Source: Planktothrix sp. GU0601_MAG3 (GTDB taxonomy: Bacteria; Cyanobacteriota; Cyanobacteriia; Cyanobacteriales; Microcoleaceae). From it: a DNA stretch of 64,000 nt. Positions 35,264 to 45,321 of this stretch are shown here, piece by piece (the stretch's first letter is position 1; each line of letters begins with the position of its first letter). The notes below the pieces were generated by a model, which saw only the letters and a program-made list of their open reading frames with translations, ran no database searches and had not been told where the DNA came from. The translations under genes and the position numbers were made by a program. The stretch spans positions 1,748,578-1,812,577 of the forward strand of contig CP136572.1 in the NCBI GenBank assembly GCA_035193785.1, read 5' to 3'.

Positions 35264-35621
35264 ATGACACAAACGACTCAAGCCCCAACCCAAGGGGTTT
35301 CAGATGACCGAATCAGCCATCAAACAAGTCCAATTTCTGCGAGAAAAGCAAGGAAAAGATCTATGTCTGCGCGTCGGAGTCCGCCAGGGCGGTTGTTCTG
35401 GAATGTCCTATTTAATGGATTTTGCCGACCCCAGTACCATTCGAGAGGATGATGACGTATTTGATTATGAGGGGTTTAAGGTCGTTTGCGATCGCAAAAG
35501 CCTACTCTACATTTACGGCCTAGTCCTCGATTATACGGATGCTCTAATTGGTGGCGGGTTTCAGTTTACCAACCCCCAAGCCACTCAAACCTGCGGTTGT
35601 GGTAAGTCCTTTGCCACCTAG
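35264..35621 (+). CDS. iscA: Fe-S cluster assembly accessory protein (HesB/IscA); +1 frameshift at 35297-35301
   Basis: LRVGVRQGGCSGMSY and FTNPQATQTCGCGKSF motifs. Repaired length 118 aa. Confidence 0.9.
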
Positions 35622-35906
35622 GACTTGAGAAACCGGGTTTTTAGTATTAGAAGGAATAGGGAATAGGGAACACAGGAACAGGGAAATCCCCCATTGAAAC
35701 CTTGTTTCCTGTGCCATCCGGTTTCAGGTATTTTTTATGCGGTTTGATGCAGCAAACCCAGGGTGGCAAAATCTTTTCCTCTAGTTTTGCCTGTTCCGGT
35801 GTTCCCTAATGTATAATCAGAGATTGGCAATTTGCCCTAGGTATAGATTTGGCACTAAATCACCCAGTCTATAGCCTATTGCCGTATCTTAAATCTACAA
35901 CAAATC

Positions 35907-36326
35907 ATGACGACTCCAGAAGAATTATTTAAGGAAGGTTTTGAACGGTATCAAGCGGGGGAAGACCCGGAAACCTTGATTCCAGTGTTTAAGGATATTT
36001 GTGATCACGCCCCAAAAAATAGTAATGCTTGGACAAGTTTGGCTTGGTTATATCTATTAGTAGATAAACCGAAATTAGCCTATAACGCAGCCAAATCAGC
36101 CGTTAAACTCAATCCCCATGATCCCCAAGCGCGAGTGAATTTAGCGACGGCGATGTTGGAGTTGGGGAAAACGGGGGTACGTTCCCAGGTTGAACTAGCT
36201 GGTCAATTGGTATTAGTAGATACAGACTGGCAACAGGAATTAGCGAAGAATTTTGAGGATGGATTAACTCGCAAACCCGACTGGAAATCCCTAGCCCGAG
36301 TCAAACAATGGTTATTTGAAGGTTAG
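35907..36326 (+). CDS. Conserved cyanobacterial TPR protein
   Basis: AWTSLAWLYLL...AVKLNPHDPQARVNLA TPR motif. Confidence 0.8.
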   Translation: MTTPEELFKEGFERYQAGEDPETLIPVFKDICDHAPKNSNAWTSLAWLYLLVDKPKLAYNAAKSAVKLNPHDPQARVNLATAMLELGKTGVRSQVELAGQLVLVDTDWQQELAKNFEDGLTRKPDWKSLARVKQWLFEG

Positions 36327-36614
36327 GGAACAATTACCTAATTTTGCCGCTCTAATTAGCATAATTAGGTAATTGTTCACAATAACTGCATGGATAATTG
36401 AATTCTTTAAGCGGCTATAAATCCACTGAAAACGGCTAAAAATGACTGAAAATCTATAAACTCCTAAAAAGTATTAAGAAAGCGCAACAAAAAATTACAT
36501 AAGTTCACTAACAAGGACTAAAAATAGTGATAGTATTTGAAAACTTCGATAGTTAACAATCAAAATCAGCCAGTCAAAAAACTTTTTGATAATAAATAGG
36601 GAGATGGGATCACT

Positions 36615-36806
36615 ATGGATAGCCAAGTTTATGTCAAAGCCGAAACCCGCAACCATAAGGGCTTTTTTGTGAAACAAGGGGCCTATAAGTTAAAAAATAT
36701 TGATGAATCGGGTTGGGCATTGATCTGTGTTGATGATACTGTTTGTTATTACGTTGATCCCGATAATTTAGATACAGAAGATTCGGAAGAAACAGTGGAA
36801 GCTTGA
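36615..36806 (+). CDS. Small hypothetical protein
   Basis: 63-aa ATG ORF with a purine-rich AGGGAG upstream; fills an otherwise empty gap. Confidence 0.55.
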   Translation: MDSQVYVKAETRNHKGFFVKQGAYKLKNIDESGWALICVDDTVCYYVDPDNLDTEDSEETVEA

Positions 36807-36935
36807 TGCAATTTGTCTTGAGCAATCTGAGGATAAAACTTTATACAAAGAAGTAAAAATACCTAATTAAAATGCTGTCCCAATTATTGAGGACAGCCAT
36901 TTTTTTATTGACATCACTGTTTTTATTTCTATTCC

Positions 36936-36969
36936 CAATTCGTAATTCGTAATTCGTAATTCGTAATTC
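36936..36969. repeat. Heptamer tandem repeat (AATTCGT)n
   Basis: aattcgt x4; reverse complement of the 4034 repeat; sits right after a stop codon. Confidence 0.8.
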
Positions 36970-36976
36970 CCCACTA

Positions 36977-37852
36977 TTAACGCTGATTCCGCAAACGGGG
37001 ATTGAGAAAATCGTTTAATCCTTCTCCTAAGAGAGATAAACCAACGACCATGATGGTTAATGCTAAACCTGGGAATAAAGTTGTCCACCAAATTCCGGTG
37101 GGTAATGCTTCTAAGGCAATTCTTAAATCATGTCCCCATTCGGGAATTTCATCGGGTAAACCTAAGCCTAAAAATCCTAATCCCCCTAGGGTTAAAATGG
37201 CATCCGCCGCATTCAATGTAAATAATACCGGAACACTTTGGATCACATTTAAAAACAAATAACGGGTTAAAATTCGACTGGTACTTGCCCCTAAAGCTTG
37301 GGCGGCTTCAACAAATAATTCCGTTTTCACCGAAGTAGTGTGATTGCGAACCACGCGATAATATTGAGGAATATAGGCTACACTAAGGGCGATCGCCGCA
37401 TTCAAAACTCCTTTTCCTACCACAAACGCTAAAGTAATCGAAAGTAATAATCCGGGTAACGTATAAATCGTATCCATTAAAAATAATAAAACCCGATCTA
37501 TTTTTCCCCCTAAATATCCACTCACCATTCCCAATGGGACACCGATTCCGACACTCAAAAGCGTTGCTAATAAGACGACTTGCCAAGCTACTTGAGTCCC
37601 AAATAATGTCCGAGAAAAGACATCATATCCTAAACGACTTGTTCCCAACCAATATTCAAAAGATGGCGGTTGATGGATGGGGTTAGACAGAAATTCCGTC
37701 GGACTTTGTATCCATCCCCAGGTTAAAAATAAAGGTGATAATACTGCTATTAATAGAAATAAGATTGTAATGACTAATCCACAAAAGGTCATAGCCGTTG
37801 ATACCGAAGGAACCTGAAATCCCCTGAAAAGACGAAAAGATTGAACACGCAT
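36977..37852 (-). CDS. Peptide/nickel ABC transporter permease (DppC-like)
   Basis: WLGTSRLGYDVFSR, FVEAAQALGAS (EAA loop) and LGFLGLGLP motifs. The ORF-track extension to 37921 runs into the IS end, so the start is placed at ATG 37852. Confidence 0.9.
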   Translation of the reverse strand: MRVQSFRLFRGFQVPSVSTAMTFCGLVITILFLLIAVLSPLFLTWGWIQSPTEFLSNPIHQPPSFEYWLGTSRLGYDVFSRTLFGTQVAWQVVLLATLLSVGIGVPLGMVSGYLGGKIDRVLLFLMDTIYTLPGLLLSITLAFVVGKGVLNAAIALSVAYIPQYYRVVRNHTTSVKTELFVEAAQALGASTSRILTRYLFLNVIQSVPVLFTLNAADAILTLGGLGFLGLGLPDEIPEWGHDLRIALEALPTGIWWTTLFPGLALTIMVVGLSLLGEGLNDFLNPRLRNQR

Positions 37853-37883
37853 TGAATTTTTGAATATTGTATTTGAGATTAGA

Positions 37884-38060
37884 TTGACATCCGCCCCGCC
37901 GTGAACGGGCGGGAATTCCATCTATTTAAGCAGATCAACCCTTCGATCGTTCGACCGTTCGACTGGCTCACGGCTCACGGCTCAGGAGATAGCTGCCTAA
38001 ATACTGGGTGGGTTGACGCTTCGCTGGCTACTGCTACCTTGGCGGTAGTCTTACATCTGC
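37884..38060 (-). ncRNA. Predicted TnpB reRNA/omegaRNA scaffold (5' boundary approximate)
   Basis: TnpB guide RNAs are known to derive from the tnpB 3' end and the element right end; the terminal hairpin and TCAA end are visible. Confidence 0.45.
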
Positions 38061-39240
38061 CTCCACGTCCGTTTAGAGTCTCCGAATGCCCTCCGGCGAC
38101 ACTTCGACATTGCTCAGTGCAGGCTAAAATATTAATTGCAGCATTAATATCTCGATCATGAGAAGTGCCACAATTAAGGCAAATCCACTCTCTAATATTT
38201 AGCTCTTTTTTGCCACCTTTGAACCCGCAACCAGAGCAAATTTGAGAAGTAGGAATCCATCTATCAATTACTCGAAAATCCCGCCCGTACATGACTGACT
38301 TAGCTTCTAACATAGTTCTAAAATTACGCCATCCTAAGTCACTAATTGCACGGGATAGTTTGCGGTTTTTCATCATCCCTGACACATTCAAATCTTCTAA
38401 AACTATTGTTTGATTCTCACGAATAATCTTAGTTGAAAGTTTGTGTAAAAAATCATTTCGGGTATCAGAAATATTAGCATGAAGTTTAGCTAGTTTCTTT
38501 CTAGCAACCTCCCTTCTTTTACTGCTACTTCGACTCCGCTCAGTACAGGCTTTCTGTTTCCTTGACAAATTGCGTTGTAATTTCCTTAAACGCTTTAATT
38601 GTTTCTTTAAAGGTTTGGGGGATTTAATTTTTTCACCATTACTTAATGTCGCAAAATCGGTGATTCCTAAGTCAATTCCAACACTGTGTCCATTGTTGGG
38701 TAATTGTTGAGGATTAAACTCAACTACAAAACTAACAAGGTACCTGTCAGTGCTATCTTTGATTAGGGTAATACTAGAAGGAACTGCGGGTAATTTTCTG
38801 CTCCAGATTACTCTGATATCACCTATTTTAGCTAGGTGAATATAATTAGAATCAGGATATAGTTTGAACCCATTATTGGTAAATCTAGCTGATTGCTTGG
38901 ATTTGCGTTTTTTGAATTTGGGAAGTTTAACTTTCTTGCCTTTTCTTTGCCCTTTACAGGATTTAAAAAAGTTGGAATAAGCTTGCTCCAAATCTCTCAA
39001 AGACTGTTGTAAAGGAACGGAGGAAACTTCTGTTAACCATTCTTTTTCCTCGGTTTTTTTTAGTTCTGTAAGTCTTTTAGAAAGTTCATTGCTAGAAGGT
39101 TTTTTATTACCCGCACGGTATTGATCTTGACAGTAGGCTAAAGCATCGTTAAAAACTACACGACAACAACCAAACAATTGAGACATCAGCCTCTTTTGTT
39201 GGTTAGTTGGGTAGATTCGGTAGCGATACCTGGCTTTCAT
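37975..39240 (-). CDS. tnpB: RNA-guided endonuclease TnpB
   Basis: HTH (YRYRIYPT..FGCCRVVFN), RuvC D/E/D (VGIDLG, VLEDLNV, HDRDINAA) and zinc finger CSGC/CLNC. Confidence 0.95.
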   Translation of the reverse strand: MKARYRYRIYPTNQQKRLMSQLFGCCRVVFNDALAYCQDQYRAGNKKPSSNELSKRLTELKKTEEKEWLTEVSSVPLQQSLRDLEQAYSNFFKSCKGQRKGKKVKLPKFKKRKSKQSARFTNNGFKLYPDSNYIHLAKIGDIRVIWSRKLPAVPSSITLIKDSTDRYLVSFVVEFNPQQLPNNGHSVGIDLGITDFATLSNGEKIKSPKPLKKQLKRLRKLQRNLSRKQKACTERSRSSSKRREVARKKLAKLHANISDTRNDFLHKLSTKIIRENQTIVLEDLNVSGMMKNRKLSRAISDLGWRNFRTMLEAKSVMYGRDFRVIDRWIPTSQICSGCGFKGGKKELNIREWICLNCGTSHDRDINAAINILACTEQCRSVAGGHSETLNGRGGRCKTTAKVAVASEASTHPVFRQLSPEP

Positions 39241-39573
39241 TGTTTTTGTTGCTTACGATCACTTTTTTAGTATACTCTACAATAGAATAAAAAGCCGTCG
39301 TAGAACAGCCTGCCCTGAGCGCGTCGAAGGGACGGGGTTTTAAACCCATTTTTCTGATAACCCAAATTAAGCTGACAAGCCATAATCCCAAAGGTCGCCT
39401 TAGAAGGACAGAGCCTTAAACCCAGATTTTCGGTAAGCGATGGACAAGTTAAGAGTGGCTCTCCCAAGATTCCCCTATCCCGCTAATTTCTGTAACGGTT
39501 CTTTACGACTGCTATAGACAAGAGCAACATCAGTGTTACGATGCCCTAAAAACATAATTTGAGTGATATTCCT

Positions 39574-40003
39574 ATGGCAGAAGCACTGACTGGAAAACCA
39601 CCTAAGTTTGGTGGCAGCACAGGTGGCTTATTAACAAAAGCCCAAGTTGAAGAAAAATATGCGATCACCTGGACTAGCAGCAAAGAACAGGTGTTTGAAA
39701 TGCCCACGGGTGGTGTGGCAATTATGAACGAAGGGGAAAACCTTTTGTATTTAGCCCGCAAAGAAACAGTGTCTAGCTTTGGGCACTCAACTGCGGTCGA
39801 AATTCAAACCCAAAATGGACAACTATAAAATCTATCGGGTTTTCCCTAACGGCGAAACTGAATACCTGCATCCCAAAGATGGCGTTTTCCCTGAAAAAGT
39901 CAACGAAGGACGTCAAGCTGTGAATAGCGTGGCTCACAATATTGGGAGCAATGTTGATCCAGTTAAAGTCAAATTCACAAGTAAAACCACCTCTGACGTT
40001 TAG
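39574..40003 (+). CDS. psaD: Photosystem I subunit II; +1 frameshift at 39763-39767
   Basis: [32 protein letters not shown] after repair, and [17 protein letters not shown]; 142 aa. Confidence 0.97.
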
Positions 40004-40102
40004 AACGTTCAGGTGCAATTAACCAGGGCAATGCCCTAAACATATTAGGATGGAGGATAGTTTATTCTGACCTTCATCCTTTGTTTTTTACTGTTCGCCG
40101 CT

Positions 40103-41620
40103 ATGATTTTTCCAGATTTCTCCCAATTTGCTCAACTGGCTTCCACAGGAAATTTTATTCCGGTCTATCAAGAATGGGTGGCTGATTTAGATACCCCGGT
40201 TTCGGCTTGGTATCGGGTTTGTGCCAATCAACCCTATAATTTTCTCTTGGAATCGGTGGAAGGGGGAGAAAGCATCGGGCGTTATAGTTTTTTGGGTTGT
40301 GATCCGGTTTGGATTTTAGAAGCTTATGGCGATCGCACGGTGCAAAAATGGCGAGATGGAACAATTCAAGAATTCACGGGCGATCCCTTCCAAGCCCTAC
40401 AAGAATGTTTACAACCCTATCATCCGGTAAAATTGCCCCAGTTACCCGCCGGAATTGGGGGACTATTTGGGTTTTGGGGTTATGAATTAATTCAATGGAT
40501 CGAGTCCTGCGTCCCGGTACATTCCCCCAATTCCGATGATCTACCCGATGGGTTATGGATGCAGGTTGATAATTTATTAATCTTTGATCAGGTTAAACGC
40601 AAAATTTGGGCGATCGCCTATGCCGATACTCGCCATACCGATTTAGAAACAGCCTATCAACAAGCTTGTGATCGGGTCAAACAATTAGTAGCTAAATTAC
40701 AATCCCCCCTATCCCCAGAAAATACCCTTTTAGAATGGACTCCCCCCGATCAACAACCTCCATTAACCTACAGTAGCAACGTTTCCCAGGAGCAATTTTG
40801 TACCAATGTAGAAAAAGGCAAACAATATATTAAAGCCGGGGATATCTTTCAAGTAGTTTTATCCCAAAGATTAACGGCCGAATATTCCGGCGATCCCTTT
40901 TCCCTTTATCGTTCTTTAAGGTTAATTAATCCTTCTCCTTATATGGCTTATTTTAACTTTGGAAACTGGCAATTAATCGGATCTAGTCCAGAAGTTATGG
41001 TGAAAGCGGATAAAAACCCCGAGGGAAAATTGATCACCACCGTCCGTCCCATTGCGGGTACTCGGCGCCGCGGTCAAACTTCCCAAGAAGATCAGGCGTT
41101 AGGGGAAGATTTATTAAAAGACCCTAAAGAAGTCGCGGAACATATTATGTTAGTCGATTTGGGACGCAATGATTTAGGCCGAGTTTGTCGGATGGGAACA
41201 GTTAAAGTTGATGAATTAATGGTAATTGAACGCTATTCCCATGTCATGCACATTGTTAGTAATGTAGTTGGAGAATTAGCAGAAAATAAAACCGCTTGGG
41301 ATCTTTTAAAAGCCTGTTTTCCCGCCGGGACGGTGAGTGGCGCACCGAAAATTCGGGCGATGGAAATTATCCATGAATTAGAAGGTTGTCGTCGCGGCCC
41401 CTATTCGGGGGTTTATGGTTACTATGATTTTGAGGGACAACTCAATACTGCTATTACCATCCGCACCATGATTGTTCAAAACCAGGGTCAAGGAGAGCAT
41501 CAAGTGAGTGTGCAAGCGGGGGCGGGGGTGGTGGCGGACTCCCAACCGCAAAAAGAATATGAGGAAACCCTGAATAAAGCCCGGGGGTTATTAGAGGCCA
41601 TTCGTTGCTTGAAGGGATAA
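40103..41620 (+). CDS. trpE: Anthranilate synthase component I
   Basis: LLESVEGGE, GDIFQVVLSQR, AEHIMLVDLGRND and FPAGTVSGAPKIRAM motifs. Confidence 0.96.
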   Translation: MIFPDFSQFAQLASTGNFIPVYQEWVADLDTPVSAWYRVCANQPYNFLLESVEGGESIGRYSFLGCDPVWILEAYGDRTVQKWRDGTIQEFTGDPFQALQECLQPYHPVKLPQLPAGIGGLFGFWGYELIQWIESCVPVHSPNSDDLPDGLWMQVDNLLIFDQVKRKIWAIAYADTRHTDLETAYQQACDRVKQLVAKLQSPLSPENTLLEWTPPDQQPPLTYSSNVSQEQFCTNVEKGKQYIKAGDIFQVVLSQRLTAEYSGDPFSLYRSLRLINPSPYMAYFNFGNWQLIGSSPEVMVKADKNPEGKLITTVRPIAGTRRRGQTSQEDQALGEDLLKDPKEVAEHIMLVDLGRNDLGRVCRMGTVKVDELMVIERYSHVMHIVSNVVGELAENKTAWDLLKACFPAGTVSGAPKIRAMEIIHELEGCRRGPYSGVYGYYDFEGQLNTAITIRTMIVQNQGQGEHQVSVQAGAGVVADSQPQKEYEETLNKARGLLEAIRCLKG

Positions 41621-41756
41621 CTCAAAACTGGCTTTTCGGGTTTGAGCGTGGAGACGTGCCAATAGCCTTAGACATGGCTGCGCCCGGGGGCGTCTCTACC
41701 GAAATTTATTTCCGAACACCTGCTAAACTGAGGGAGAAATTTTATGGTTTTGGATT

Positions 41757-42206
41757 ATGTCTTCCACCACAACTCCCTTACCCCCAACTTTAGAACGGAT
41801 TGTACAGCGTTTTAAACGGGCTTCTTCTAATAAATTACGTTATGAACAGTTAATTACCATTGCCCAAAAACTTCCTACCTTTCCAGAAGATCAGAAGATT
41901 CCTGATAATAAAGTTCCGGGTTGTGTGTCACAGGTTTATGTGATTGCTAACTTAGATGAACAGGGAAAAGTTCAGTTTCAGGGAGATTCTGATTCTCAAT
42001 TAACCAAAGGATTAGTGGCTTTTTTGATTATGGGAATGAATGGAATGACTCCCACGGAAGTTGTTCAACTTGACCCGAGCTTTATTCAGGAAACTGGGTT
42101 ACAAGCGAGTTTAACTCCTTCTCGCGCTAACGGTTTTTATAATATTTTTCAAACCTTCAAGAAAAAAGCTCAACACTTTGACCCCGCCCTTAATACCGAC
42201 GTTTAA
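41757..42206 (+). CDS. sufE: SufE-family sulfur acceptor
   Basis: [21 protein letters not shown] and LTPSRANGF motifs. Confidence 0.93.
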   Translation: MSSTTTPLPPTLERIVQRFKRASSNKLRYEQLITIAQKLPTFPEDQKIPDNKVPGCVSQVYVIANLDEQGKVQFQGDSDSQLTKGLVAFLIMGMNGMTPTEVVQLDPSFIQETGLQASLTPSRANGFYNIFQTFKKKAQHFDPALNTDV

Positions 42207-42237
42207 GGGATTACTAAATGAATCATCTAAACCTACT

Positions 42238-42579
42238 ATGAATCAAGACTATTTGTGGATAGAAGCATTAAAATTTAATGCTCAAGGGCTAATTCCAGCG
42301 ATCGCTCAAGACGCAGAAGATGGTACTATTTTAATGATGGCTTGGATGAATAAGGAATCAATTCAAAAGACCTTAGAAACCCAAGAAGTTCATTATTGGA
42401 GTCGTTCTCGTTCCGAATTATGGCACAAAGGAGCCACATCAGGACATATTCAAAAACTTAAATCTTTATATTATGATTGTGATGCCGATACTCTATTATT
42501 AAAGATAGAACAAATTGGCAATATCGCTTGTCATACCGGGGCGAGAAGTTGTTTTTTTCAGGAAGTTAAAATTAATTGA
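42238..42579 (+). CDS. hisI: Phosphoribosyl-AMP cyclohydrolase (stand-alone)
   Basis: [25 protein letters not shown] and [10 protein letters not shown] motifs. Confidence 0.93.
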   Translation: MNQDYLWIEALKFNAQGLIPAIAQDAEDGTILMMAWMNKESIQKTLETQEVHYWSRSRSELWHKGATSGHIQKLKSLYYDCDADTLLLKIEQIGNIACHTGARSCFFQEVKIN

Positions 42580-42616
42580 TCAGATTGGGGAAAACCATTG
42601 ATTCAGCGATGGATAT

Positions 42617-42731
42617 GATCCCCCTAAATCCCCCTAAAAAAGGGGGACTTTGAGAGTCCGTTTTATCCATTTTCTATGAGAATTTACTAAATTCTGGTTC
42701 CCCCCTTATTAAGGGGGGTTAGGGGGGATCT
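42617..42731. repeat. Cyanobacterial GATCCCCCTAAATCCCCC...GGGGGGTTAGGGGGGATC inverted-repeat element
   Basis: Complementary ends, each with an internal CCCCC-AA-GGGGG hairpin; a second copy lies at 11328. Confidence 0.75.
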
Positions 42732-42835
42732 AAAGTAGGGACTGTCGCCGTTTAAAAAAACACCGATTTCCTGTTCTTTTCGTTAATAGTGTTACTTCAA
42801 AATTCTAAAAAAACTATCAAAACAAGAATTTAAAC

Positions 42836-44278
42836 ATGGTTATCAAAATCTATCATACTCAAACTCGCCAAAAAGAAGATTTTCAACCCTTAGAAGCAGG
42901 GAAGGTAAAAATGTATTGCTGCGGGGTGACGGTTTATGATTATTGCCATTTAGGTCATGCGAGATCCTATATTGCTTGGGATATTGTTAGACGCTATTTA
43001 GAATTTTCAGGATATCAGGTCAATTATATTCAAAATTTTACCGATATTGACGATAAGATTCTTAACCGTGCTAAGTTGGAAGGCACGACCATGGATGAGG
43101 TTTCTAACAAATATATTCAAGCGTATTTTGAAGATATCCGACGCTTGAATATTCGGGATGCTAATGCTTATCCCCGGGTGACGGAACATCTTCCCCAAAT
43201 TATTCAATTAATCCAAGAGTTAACCGATCAAGGTATTGCTTATGCCGTGGATGGAGATGTTTATTATAGTGTAAAAGATTTTGCCGATTATGGCAAATTA
43301 TCCGGTCGTCAACAGGAACAATTACAAGCGGGTGCGAGTGGTCGAATTTCTGCCCCCGATACCGATACAATTAAGAAGAAAGATCCCTCGGATTTTGCCC
43401 TTTGGAAAGCAGCAAAACTAGGGGAACCAGCATGGGATTCACCTTGGGGAAAAGGTCGCCCTGGATGGCATATTGAGTGTTCGGCAATGGTGCGATCGCT
43501 ATTAGGAAATACCATTGATATTCACGGCGGCGGCGGGGATTTAGTTTTCCCTCACCATGAGAATGAAATTGCTCAATCAGAAGGCGCGACCCATCAACCT
43601 TTAGCCAATTACTGGATGCACAATGGCATGGTGAGGGTGAGTGGTGAAAAGATGTCTAAATCTTTAGGAAATTTTACCACAATTCGCGGTTTATTGGATA
43701 GTCCTTTGGATGCGATGGTGATTCGTTTATTTATTTTACAAGCCCATTATCGCAAACCCTTAGATTTTACCGATGAAGCGATCGCTTCGGCTGAAAATGG
43801 ATGGAATACGTTAAAAGAGGGGTTGTTATTTGGTAGCGAATACGGCGATAAATTAGGCTTTAAACCCCATGCAAAAGCCTTAATTGATGTTGATGCCATT
43901 GGTCGGTTTAAGGAGGCGATGGATGATGATTTTAATACCCCTGAAGGGTTAGTTATTTTGTTTGAATTGGCTAAGGAATTAAGACGCGATCGCAATATCT
44001 TAATACACGGAGGCGATATTAATACCCCGACCGAACACCTACAGAAAACCTGGCAAACTTTAATGGAATTAGCCACGGTTTTCGGGTTAGAAGCACAACC
44101 AGAGGAAAGTCAGAATTTAGGGTTAAGTGATAGTGAAATTGAAAGATTAGTTCAGCAACGTTTAGAGGCGAAAAAAGCTAAAAATTTTGCCGAAAGCGAT
44201 CGCATTCGAGATTACTTAAAAGAGTTAGGAATTACCCTAATTGATCAACCAGGAAATCAAACCATTTGGCATCGTTAA
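42836..44278 (+). CDS. cysS: Cysteine--tRNA ligase
   Basis: CGVTVYDYCHLGHAR, GRPGWHIECSAM and KMSKSLGN motifs. Confidence 0.97.
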   Translation: MVIKIYHTQTRQKEDFQPLEAGKVKMYCCGVTVYDYCHLGHARSYIAWDIVRRYLEFSGYQVNYIQNFTDIDDKILNRAKLEGTTMDEVSNKYIQAYFEDIRRLNIRDANAYPRVTEHLPQIIQLIQELTDQGIAYAVDGDVYYSVKDFADYGKLSGRQQEQLQAGASGRISAPDTDTIKKKDPSDFALWKAAKLGEPAWDSPWGKGRPGWHIECSAMVRSLLGNTIDIHGGGGDLVFPHHENEIAQSEGATHQPLANYWMHNGMVRVSGEKMSKSLGNFTTIRGLLDSPLDAMVIRLFILQAHYRKPLDFTDEAIASAENGWNTLKEGLLFGSEYGDKLGFKPHAKALIDVDAIGRFKEAMDDDFNTPEGLVILFELAKELRRDRNILIHGGDINTPTEHLQKTWQTLMELATVFGLEAQPEESQNLGLSDSEIERLVQQRLEAKKAKNFAESDRIRDYLKELGITLIDQPGNQTIWHR

Positions 44279-44854
44279 TTAGGGTTTCTGTTATCTAAGA
44301 ATTTAAACACCAAGCAATTAAAGGTTCAACTTTGCATTTCAAAAAATTGGAGCACAAGGTTGAACCTTTAGCTTTTAGTTGAGTGCTTTTCTTCACCAAA
44401 ATCAATTTTGCAATAACTCTAATTTATGTTCTTCATTCAGTTTCAGTCTCAATGCTCAAAGAATTATCAAAATATAAATTTAAGGAGCCATGCAGTTTCA
44501 CCATCTGCTCTACCGCTAATAAAGCCAATTTCCAGAGGATCACCACTTTCCACTCGTACCGCGATAGATATTCCATTTGCAATCACATCAGATAGAACTA
44601 GATTTGCTGCAACCTGAGACAAAGTAGGCTCTGTTAGCTTGTACTTTTGCTTTAACCATTTGTGTAAATCTTCAAAATTAGCTGTAATGTCTGCCATGTT
44701 AATTTTGTCTCCAGGTAGAATCTTTGTTTTGTCATCTTCACAGCCATACGGCCTTCTAAATGAAGATAAGATCAGATCATACCAGTTTATCTGCTTATTG
44801 ATAAAACTTTCAGTATCTGTTTCTTACTCCTATTTATCTTTAAGAAAAATTGGA

Positions 44855-45188
44855 TTATAAGGTTGAATCGTCAGTTTCTGATTTAGTGCTTGATCCAGAT
44901 GATTCAATTTTTATAGTCTTCTCAATTCTTAATATAAAACCCGTGTCGTTTCTAAATTTTTCCATTCTTTCCATTTGTGAAGATTGGAAATTTGGCTTTC
45001 TATTATTAGCTATATATGCTTTTTTAAACTGATAATTATCTATATGTTGATATTAGCTTGGCAATGCTACTTTTTCCTGTTCCTTGATTACCGATAAAAA
45101 TAGTGATTTTACGAATATCTATAAAATTGTCATTGTCGGTAAAACCTGATTTAATTGGGCCAAAGTTTTTAACTTTTATTTGACTCAT
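44855..45188 (-). pseudogene. Relic: 50-aa N-terminus of an ABC/AAA-type ATPase joined to an unrelated C-terminal fragment
   Basis: MSQIKVKNFGPIKSG...ITIFIGNQGTGKSSIAKLISTYR* (45188-45036, Walker A), then an overlapping frame ...KKAYIANNRKPNFQSSQMERMEKF...* ending at 44855. Confidence 0.65.
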
Positions 45189-45321
45189 AATAATTTTTTT
45201 ATTCTATTCATTTACTTCCAAATTAAGCTGTACTCTCAATAAATTGGGTAATTCCTAATTCCCCACACCCGAATTAACCCAATTTCTGAGAGTAACAGCC
45301 TATTTCCTATTCCCTCCGGGA

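Larger units (their letters stand above)
37884..39356 (-). mobile_element. Non-autonomous IS200/IS605-family (IS1341-type, tnpB-only) element
   Basis: Left end TTAT|CAGAAAAATGGGTTTAAAACCCCGTC..hairpin; right end hairpin CCCGCCCGTTCACGGCGGGGCGGATGTCAA; no tnpA. Confidence 0.8.

Noticed and set aside
35264..42206. iscA and sufE as parts of a phosphorothioation system
   Set aside because: Both are ordinary Fe-S genes in housekeeping context, with no dndB-E or ssp genes nearby.
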